From Fibrobacteraceae bacterium (GTDB taxonomy: Bacteria > Fibrobacterota > Fibrobacteria > Fibrobacterales > Fibrobacteraceae), in NCBI GenBank assembly GCA_017631885.1, contig JAGBSH010000017.1:57044-89043 (forward strand): a stretch of 32,000 bases of DNA, written 5' to 3'. Numbering within the stretch: position 1 is the stretch's first letter; every line of letters starts with the position of its first letter. A program made the position numbers and the translations under genes. Below the pieces are notes generated by a model, which made no database searches, had not been told where the DNA came from, and worked only from the letters and a program-made list of their open reading frames with translations. Below are positions 9,632 to 16,306 of this stretch, piece by piece.

Positions 9632-9658
9632 ATGCCGCAAGAATTTGCGGCATTTTTT
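9632..9658. terminator. bidirectional terminator shared by the RND operon (+) and tRNA-Gln (-)
   Basis: ATGCCGCAA (9632-9640) / TTGCGGCAT (9645-9653). An A-run lies upstream and a T-run downstream, so it reads as hairpin plus T-run on both strands. Confidence 0.8.
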
Positions 9659-9659
9659 A

Positions 9660-9730
9660 TTGAGCTATCTGGATTCGAACCAAAACAAACAGAGTCAGAA
9701 TCTGTTGTGCTACCATTACACCATAGCTCA
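9660..9730 (-). tRNA. tRNA-Gln (anticodon CTG)
   Basis: The reverse complement folds as a cloverleaf: acceptor TGAGCTA/TAGCTCA, anticodon stem ACAGA/TCTGT with loop TTCTGAC, and a GGTTCGAATCC T-arm. Confidence 0.9.
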
Positions 9731-9740
9731 GCGACAACAC

Positions 9741-9770
9741 CAAATTTATAAAATCCTGCTTTATTGGCAA
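9741..9770 (-). promoter_or_regulatory. candidate promoter of tRNA-Gln
   Basis: Minus strand reads TTGCCA-N16-TAAATTTG, ending 10 nt before the mature tRNA 5' end. Confidence 0.5.
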
Positions 9771-9805
9771 GGGGCTAAGCCTTTTTTTAATGCATTTAAA
9801 AGCTT

Positions 9806-11134
9806 TTAAAGTGTTGGCGGAGTATAAGTAATTCCTTGTTGGTAAAGAACTTCCCCAGGAGTAAGCGTCACATTAATAAATCGCATATAGTCATCCATCG
9901 GGACATCGCTATCATGCAAAACATTTAACACTCCTATATCTGACGTATAGAAAACAAAGCTATGTTCTCCAGAAGGCAAACCTGGCAAATCCATTGGGGC
10001 ACAAGTAATAATTTGTTTAAATTTACTTGTTCCTACTAGACCAACAATAACACTATTCATATAGCAATTATCCACTTGCAAAGAATCTTCTTGGTTTACC
10101 ACTAAACGAATATTCAAATTTATTTCCGACGGTTCTTCAAGTTTCATTGTATCAACCCAAATTGTATCACCTTCTTTACGCTTTAAGTCAGCAACCTGAA
10201 GAAAAGGCGAAACTCCTATTAAACCACCATTAAATTCAGTTTCAACTCTAAAACTATCTGCTAAGACTTTTGCTGGGAATGGTAAACTCCAAAATCCATT
10301 TGCATCGGTATAAGTAAAATCATGCGGAGCAATTTCACCTGTTTTTGCAAAAGAAAGGCCATAAACATCGCCAATTGCTCGAACAACTGCTCCAAAAACT
10401 GGTTTACCAAGAGAATCCACAACAAAACCAGACAAACGACTTTCTCGTTTCCACGGATTTTTAAAAGGTTCATCTAAGAACCACTTGAGTTCTCCTAAAT
10501 TTAAAGAATCCCCAGATTCTGCAGAAATCGCAAACTCTTGATATATCAAAGAATCGTTAATACCTTTTTGGCGTAAACGCGAAACCACTTGTTCATCAGA
10601 AGGGAAAAATGCTAAACGCAAATCTCCAGGGGCAACTGAAATCTGGAAAGAATCGCCAGCAAATACATGAGCCTGAATCGCTGAACCTTCTATAGACAGG
10701 CGGAATGCAGAACCTATAGTAATGTCTGAAATATGTTCTTCATACGCAAATTTTCCAGAAAGTACAGCAGGTTTTCCCAAAGCAAATTCTTTCGCTGGAA
10801 TATCTTCTTTTGATAAATCTTTAAAGAGAGCAATTTCTCGAATATTTCCCTTTGAATCAAAAAGTGTTATTTCTAAATCAAAAGAATCACTAACAAATTC
10901 TTCAAAAACAAAGTTTCCTAAAGAATCGGCTTTGGTTTCTGCTAAAACTGGATTTTCACCCAAAGCAACATGCCTTGCAAGCATTTGAACTAAAGCCCCA
11001 GAAGCAACTGAATTATCAGAAGTCAAAATAACGCCTGCTACTGTATTTTCAGTATCTGTTGCAGTTCCTGCTACTTTATTTTCAGAACACCCGAAATAGA
11101 AAAGGACAAATAATAAAAGAAAAACTATTCTCAT
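9806..11134 (-). CDS. lipoprotein with two carboxypeptidase-regulatory-like (CarboxypepD_reg-type) beta-sandwich segments
   Basis: Lipobox FYFGC. The segments VAGVILTSDNSVASGALVQM...DSLGNFVFEEF and LSGFVVDSLGKPVFGAVVRA...DANGFWSLPFP match the usual CarboxypepD_reg pattern. 4-nt ATGA overlap with the upstream TIGR02147-type gene. Confidence 0.75.
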   Translation of the reverse strand: MRIVFLLLFVLFYFGCSENKVAGTATDTENTVAGVILTSDNSVASGALVQMLARHVALGENPVLAETKADSLGNFVFEEFVSDSFDLEITLFDSKGNIREIALFKDLSKEDIPAKEFALGKPAVLSGKFAYEEHISDITIGSAFRLSIEGSAIQAHVFAGDSFQISVAPGDLRLAFFPSDEQVVSRLRQKGINDSLIYQEFAISAESGDSLNLGELKWFLDEPFKNPWKRESRLSGFVVDSLGKPVFGAVVRAIGDVYGLSFAKTGEIAPHDFTYTDANGFWSLPFPAKVLADSFRVETEFNGGLIGVSPFLQVADLKRKEGDTIWVDTMKLEEPSEINLNIRLVVNQEDSLQVDNCYMNSVIVGLVGTSKFKQIITCAPMDLPGLPSGEHSFVFYTSDIGVLNVLHDSDVPMDDYMRFINVTLTPGEVLYQQGITYTPPTL

Positions 11135-11964
11135 TTGCTTATTTTCTCCTTTTCTTTAGTCAATGGGAAAAACTGGATATTCAATTCACAAACCATTGTT
11201 TCGCCTTCGTCAGATTGCACAATATCCACTATTTCTTTGCGAAACAAATCTATTTTGCGAATAATTCGCTGTAAACCTTCTTCAGAAACACTCATTGTTG
11301 TACAAGAAATATTTCTGCGTTCTGTGCTATAATTATCTAAAGCTGATTTTGACATATCAATCATCTGCTTTTGAAAACCATGCACAAAAAGTGGGGCTAC
11401 TTCTCGCCCACTAGAAATTGTTTTTTGACATGGGCGATAAAATCCTGATTCATCTGCTTCTATAAGTTCTAAATCTAACAGCAATTTAAGAGCTTGTTTA
11501 GCCTGCGGCAAAGAAATTCTAGGATTTAAAAATAACGCCAAATCAGAAACATTTTTTTCATTAATGTCTAATATCGTAAGAGATTCTCTTACAACAACAT
11601 AATACCATTTACTATAATATTCTTGTTGTTTTTTACTCAAGGTTCTACTAGCGCAAGGTAAAAGAGCAGACATTTGATCAAACACTTTTTGCTTGGCTGC
11701 CGGAGTATCAGCATGAGTAAAATCGACCATCAAAGCAAAATAGCGCCCTTCCTTTTCTGAAAGACCTAATGCTGCAATAAATTTAGGAACCATCTGAGGG
11801 GTTAAAGATTTACGACCTTTAACTAAATCTAAATACAAACCTGAAGAAGTATAACCGGCTTTTTTTGCAAACGACCTATAAGAGAAATACCTATAAATCG
11901 ATTTACGATTCTCGTAATAATCTTGCAAATACTTTCTGTAATTATAATATGCGAAAACATTCAT
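11131..11964 (-). CDS. TIGR02147-family (DUF4423-type) putative HTH protein, Fibrobacter paralogous family
   Basis: The N-terminus YNYRKYLQDYYENRK...FSYRSFAKKAGYTSSGLYLDLVKGRKSLTPQMVPKFIAALGLSEKEGRYFALMVDF matches the remembered family signature (Y.DYR.FL.DYY...FS.R.F..KAG..S...L..V..GKR.LT). Confidence 0.8.
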   Translation of the reverse strand: MNVFAYYNYRKYLQDYYENRKSIYRYFSYRSFAKKAGYTSSGLYLDLVKGRKSLTPQMVPKFIAALGLSEKEGRYFALMVDFTHADTPAAKQKVFDQMSALLPCASRTLSKKQQEYYSKWYYVVVRESLTILDINEKNVSDLALFLNPRISLPQAKQALKLLLDLELIEADESGFYRPCQKTISSGREVAPLFVHGFQKQMIDMSKSALDNYSTERRNISCTTMSVSEEGLQRIIRKIDLFRKEIVDIVQSDEGETMVCELNIQFFPLTKEKEKISK

Positions 11965-12112
11965 CGCCTATAAAATAAATTTTCATTCTTATTTTGTGAA
12001 CACTTAACATTTAAAAAAGAACGTTTTGAGAACACTTTGTGTGATTTTAGACATTTTATTATGTTTTTTAATAAATTTTTTGTCTATTTTTAGGGAACAC
12101 CCAATCCCATCC

Positions 12113-12147
12113 AAAGCGGCTACAATTGTGTAGCCGCTTTATCTTTT
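12113..12147 (+). terminator. orphan palindrome plus T-run (plus-strand terminator-like)
   Basis: AAAGCGGCTACA (12113-12124) / TGTAGCCGCTTT (12129-12140) form a perfect 12-bp stem with a 4-nt loop, followed by ATCTTTTT. There is no plus-strand CDS upstream. Confidence 0.4.
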
Positions 12148-12154
12148 TCAACAT

Positions 12155-12193
12155 AAAAAAAAAAAACAAAAACCTCGATTTCTCGAGGTTTTT
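12155..12193 (-). terminator. rho-independent terminator of the fibro-slime gene
   Basis: AAAAACCTCGA (12168-12178) / TCGAGGTTTTT (12183-12193). The 12-nt A-run 12155-12166 is a T-run on the minus strand. It lies 17 nt after the stop at 12211. Confidence 0.8.
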
Positions 12194-12210
12194 GTTTAAA
12201 ATTTTCAAAT

Positions 12211-14820
12211 TTATTTTGAAACGCGGCGGTAACCAAGAGTTTTAGAGAAACTGCTACGTTCATAGGCTTCTTCACCAATTGGGCTAGAGCCACCGGCATA
12301 GAAGAAGCAATAAGGTTTACCAGAACCGTCTGCTGGCATTGCCCAAGATTCTTTAATCAAAGAAACTTGATAAATGTATGGGCCACTTCCAACTTTACGG
12401 CCATTCTGAGAAATCGGATAAAGCTTTACGCTAACCAATGCACCACTAAATGTTGGCTTACCAGCACAAGTTCCACTTGTTTCTTGCTTTCCAGAAGAAA
12501 GGGCCAATGCTTGCATTTCTTCAGAAGACATTTCTTCTGTATACTGGCTAATAAAGTGACCAAGGTGGTCAAATACACGAACGTTTACTTGGAACGGACG
12601 AGATACCCAGAAAGAAATACTTGCACAACTTTCAACACCTTTATCATCTACATAGCAATAAGCTTTACCAGACCCCGACTTAACAGAGATAGGAGCGCCA
12701 TTACGATCACCTGCAATCATAGCTCCATCTTGGAATGGATTACCAGATTCAGCAGTAGCATAGTAATCTTGGTTTGTCTTTTTACCATCTGGAGAAATTT
12801 GTGTCAACCAACCATCAACACCCATTGGGAAATCACCAGCTTCAAGAGGCAATACTGAAACAAGCAATTCACCTGTTGCATTCTTTGGCAATTCATCACC
12901 AGCTGCATGACCACTAGCATTCAACATTCCATCAACGTTAAAGTCAGGGCGATCTATAGTTTTATCAACCACATCAAAGTTTTCAGCAATACTTGCTTTC
13001 AACTGTGAAGCACCCCAGCTAGGACCAGCTGTAGAAAGACCATTTGTTCCAGTAATTGGGTTTCCAACAATCCAAGGATTATCGGTAACACCCTTAATAT
13101 AACCTTCTACTGTTGGATCAGTGATTGGGTAGTTAAAGGACATTTCGTCACCACTCTGTGGAATGACACCAGCACTATAATCAATAGTACCTGTAACAGG
13201 GTCAATTGGATAAAGGAGACCTGTCATTTTATAGATCACACCATCAGCACCTTTATCAGCACCAAATTCAAAGGAATCTACTTTATAAGCATATTGTTCA
13301 TAACCAACAATTGTCACATTACCAGCAGCATCTGTCTGTGTAATTGGGCGACGAACGATAACTGGCACACCACCAACTGAAGCACTGCTTTGAATAGCAG
13401 CGATAGTATGATCAGCAAGTGGAGTGTTCAAGATAAGGTTTGTAACCCATTGACCTTCCACAGGAGTTACTGTTGCTTCACCAATCATTGGCTGACCATA
13501 ACGGCTAGGAGCAAGTTCTGAAAGTGAGGAACGGATCTTCATGTTAGAACCATCAGTTTGACGGTCAGCATAGAAGAAGTGCAAATGGTGCCAAGAACCA
13601 TCTGTCCAAGAACCATCTGGACCGAGGTTACAGTTTTCACCAGGAGCAACGTTTGCAGAAAGTGGTTCACCAGGATGGCAACCATGAGAATTCATAGACA
13701 AGAAGTCCATATCTGCTTTACCAGGAGCAGCCAAGTGAGTACCACCAAGGTCAACAACCAAAACACCATCTACAAAAATCCACATGTCATCGTCACCAGT
13801 GAATTCAAAGACTTCTCCTCCACCTTTTTTATACTTGAACTTTGCATAACCCATCATAGTAAAACCATAGTTACGCAAGTGACGTGAACCTAAAGCACCA
13901 TTTGCCTGAGCTGCAACCATAGCTGCATTTGGATTTTTTGGACCACCATTAGCAAGCCATGCCTGGCAAAGACCATAAGTGTTAGCACCAGTATAGTCAG
14001 CCTGAGTACTTGCATATTTATATTGATATGGAGGGCAGAAAATAGAAAGTGATTGTGGACCATATTGGTCTGAACCATCTAAAGAGCCACCCCAGTTATT
14101 GGCACCATCAACAACATCAAGCGGGAAGTAGCCACCATTATTCCAGTTGTAATCCACTTCGTAAATATTAATGCTGTTTGGAACTTGAGGCAATTGTAAA
14201 ACCGTGTTAGTTCTCTTTGTATTGCCTTGATACCATTGTTCAAAATATTGGTTATCGCAAGCGTTACGATTCTTGACAATTACTGGTTCATACATCATGT
14301 CTTCGCCAGCAACTGGGAATTGGAGGTAAGTTTGCACCATACCAGGTGTTACATACACAGCTTCTTGCCATGCCAAATTACCACATTTAGATTCGTGAGC
14401 ATAACCGCGCCATGTTCCGCCTGGGCATTCACCATATTCAATAGGAGCACCAGCAGAAACTTTTGCTTTTAAGTATGGAGGTAATGTAGAGAGATTTTGG
14501 AAATTAGCACTATTGATAGGCCAACCGTCTGTACCAATTTGCGCACCCAATGTTGGATTATCTTTGTTTCCGCAACCCCAAGAGGCATTATCAGCTCGTT
14601 TAGCCACCCAGTTTGGATCATCTTGATAGCCGGGGTAAACCCAAGAAGCATTCAAATTCACAGAAGCTTCCTGAGAGAAGTTTTCAAAGTCTGGGTGAGT
14701 TACTTCAAAGTCACGAATTACAATATCCAACTCAGCGACCTTTGCAGCAGGGTCTTGAGCAGAAACAATCCCAAAAGCTCCAAACAGAGCTAATGATGAA
14801 ACGAATAATCTTTTATACAT
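12211..14820 (-). CDS. secreted fibro-slime domain (PA14-like) protein
   Basis: Signal peptide MYKRLFVSSLALFGAFGIVSAQD. The core segment GFTMMGYAKFKYKKGGGEVFEFTGDDDMWIFVDGVLVVDLGGTH is the fibro-slime/PA14 signature. GGAG RBS upstream. Confidence 0.88.
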   Translation of the reverse strand: MYKRLFVSSLALFGAFGIVSAQDPAAKVAELDIVIRDFEVTHPDFENFSQEASVNLNASWVYPGYQDDPNWVAKRADNASWGCGNKDNPTLGAQIGTDGWPINSANFQNLSTLPPYLKAKVSAGAPIEYGECPGGTWRGYAHESKCGNLAWQEAVYVTPGMVQTYLQFPVAGEDMMYEPVIVKNRNACDNQYFEQWYQGNTKRTNTVLQLPQVPNSINIYEVDYNWNNGGYFPLDVVDGANNWGGSLDGSDQYGPQSLSIFCPPYQYKYASTQADYTGANTYGLCQAWLANGGPKNPNAAMVAAQANGALGSRHLRNYGFTMMGYAKFKYKKGGGEVFEFTGDDDMWIFVDGVLVVDLGGTHLAAPGKADMDFLSMNSHGCHPGEPLSANVAPGENCNLGPDGSWTDGSWHHLHFFYADRQTDGSNMKIRSSLSELAPSRYGQPMIGEATVTPVEGQWVTNLILNTPLADHTIAAIQSSASVGGVPVIVRRPITQTDAAGNVTIVGYEQYAYKVDSFEFGADKGADGVIYKMTGLLYPIDPVTGTIDYSAGVIPQSGDEMSFNYPITDPTVEGYIKGVTDNPWIVGNPITGTNGLSTAGPSWGASQLKASIAENFDVVDKTIDRPDFNVDGMLNASGHAAGDELPKNATGELLVSVLPLEAGDFPMGVDGWLTQISPDGKKTNQDYYATAESGNPFQDGAMIAGDRNGAPISVKSGSGKAYCYVDDKGVESCASISFWVSRPFQVNVRVFDHLGHFISQYTEEMSSEEMQALALSSGKQETSGTCAGKPTFSGALVSVKLYPISQNGRKVGSGPYIYQVSLIKESWAMPADGSGKPYCFFYAGGSSPIGEEAYERSSFSKTLGYRRVSK

Positions 14821-15159
14821 AGCTACTCCATCCGATTTTTGACCGGATATAATAATTCTGCCTAAATATACACACTTTCTATTAAGAATGGCTTGAACTT
14901 TTTTGCAAAATTGCGTAAAAAATCATTTATTGCACTTTTTAGTGACTAAAACGAGGTATTTTTATCTTGTCTGGCATACTTTTGTTAAAATATTTTTTAC
15001 ACCCTTTAACTTAACTTGTATTTTTAAGACTTTTTTAAAAATTCCTTTTCAAATAATTTCTTTATCCAATAAAAAACACAGAGAATGCAGTTTCTTTTAA
15101 AACGACTTATAAAAAAAATCTTATCTTTATTCTCGTTTTGTTCCTTGAAAGGATTTTTT

Positions 15160-15915
15160 ATGAAACCCGGAAAAACTGAATTACGCTTGAATGCTGCGAT
15201 TGAAAATCGCGGAGCGTTATTTGCTGTGCTTTTAGACCCAGATACATCTGACGATTCTGCTCTCTTAAAATCTGGCACTATGGCAGCAGAAAATGGAGCG
15301 GATTTGATTCTTGTGGGTGGTTCATTTCTTGGGAATTTTTCTTTACCTCGCCAAGTAGCCGCATTAAAATCTGAATTGGATTTACCTGTGGTTTTATTTC
15401 CTGGTGGAGCATCTCAGGTTGTTCCTGGTTTTGATGCCATGTTATTTATGACACTTGTAAGCGGTCGTAACCCGAATTACTTGATTGATGAACAAGTGCG
15501 TGGTGGCGCTTTAGTTAAAGCTTTAAATATGGAAGCCATTCCAACAGCGTACCAACTTATTAATAGCGGAAAGCGCACAACGGTTGAATACATAAGTGGA
15601 ACAACTCCTGTGCCTGCAAACAAGCCTAAATTGAGTATGGTTAATTCTATTGCAGCAGAATTAATGGGTATGCGCTATGTTTACTTAGAAGCTGGTAGTG
15701 GCGCTGAAGAGCCTGTTCCTGTTGAACATATTGCTTATACTCGAAAGGCTACTGAAATGACTATCATTACTGGTGGCGGCATTAAAGACCCTCAAACGGC
15801 TGCTGTCCGAGTGGCTGCTGGTGCACAAATTATTGTAACCGGGACTCTTTGGGAAAAAGTTTCTGACCCAGTTTTATTAAAAGAATTTGCTTCTGCTATT
15901 CACGTAAAAGGTTAA
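15160..15915 (+). CDS. geranylgeranylglyceryl / heptaprenylglyceryl phosphate synthase family protein (GGGPS/PcrB)
   Basis: Start moved to the in-frame ATG at 15160 (MKPGKTEL...), which has GAAAGGA upstream. Family motifs present: LLDPD, LILVGGS, LFPGGASQV, LVSGRNPNYLI, YLEAGSGA, ITGGGI. Confidence 0.88.
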   Translation: MKPGKTELRLNAAIENRGALFAVLLDPDTSDDSALLKSGTMAAENGADLILVGGSFLGNFSLPRQVAALKSELDLPVVLFPGGASQVVPGFDAMLFMTLVSGRNPNYLIDEQVRGGALVKALNMEAIPTAYQLINSGKRTTVEYISGTTPVPANKPKLSMVNSIAAELMGMRYVYLEAGSGAEEPVPVEHIAYTRKATEMTIITGGGIKDPQTAAVRVAAGAQIIVTGTLWEKVSDPVLLKEFASAIHVKG

Positions 15916-15917
15916 TT

Positions 15918-16300
15918 GATAACAGATTGTTTCCACCACACCTCACTCAAAGCAAGTGTGGCTCGTGGCAGGCTCACATTTAGGCTTCGCGGAAAATCTT
16001 TTCTCTCCATCGCAATGACAAAAAGCGTGCGTAAGAACCGCGGGCAAGTGTACAAACAACTTGTCATCGCGAACGCAGTGTGGCGATCTACTGGCAAGGA
16101 GATTACCACGCCGTGCATTCAGCACGTCTCGTAATGACAAAAGTAGTTCGCAACAAGAAGCTTGAAAACAAGAACCGCGGGCAAGTGTAAAGATGTGAAA
16201 AAGAGCGGTGTGAGCGAGAGTAGCCGAGAGGGTAGCGGAAAATGGCTTTGTGAAACATGAACAAAGCCAGTTGAAGCGAGGGAGAGACTTCTCCCTTTGT
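15918..16300 (-). repeat. GC-rich modular intergenic repeat element, copy B (head at 16300, inverted relative to copy A)
   Basis: It fills the whole gap between the convergent stops of the GGGPS-like gene (15915) and the XPB gene (16307). The reverse complement aligns to 2771-3141. Confidence 0.85.
16010..16072. repeat. REP-like hairpin inside copy B with an enlarged loop
   Basis: TCGCAATGACAA (16010-16021) and TTGTCATCGCGA (16061-16072) are reverse complements with one mismatch. The 39-nt loop carries the 20-mer AAGAACCGCGGGCAAGTGTA (16033-16052), which recurs exactly at 16170-16189. Confidence 0.8.
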
Positions 16301-16306
16301 ATAAAA

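Noticed and set aside
15085-15159. N-terminal extensions in the track for several ORFs: 15085, 18306, 20978, 28533, 29516, 30125 and 24218.
   Set aside because: Downstream in-frame ATGs have better RBS spacing, remove overlaps with the upstream genes, and begin at the conserved family N-terminus or signal peptide. The extended starts use TTG, or would overlap the neighbouring CDS.
3142-15928. A composite transposon or genomic island bounded by the inverted repeats or targeted to a tRNA.
   Set aside because: There is no transposase, integrase or recombinase gene. The content is ordinary chromosomal-looking genes plus a tRNA. I found no partial duplicate of any tRNA 3' end (an att-like direct repeat) and no target-site duplication at the repeat edges.
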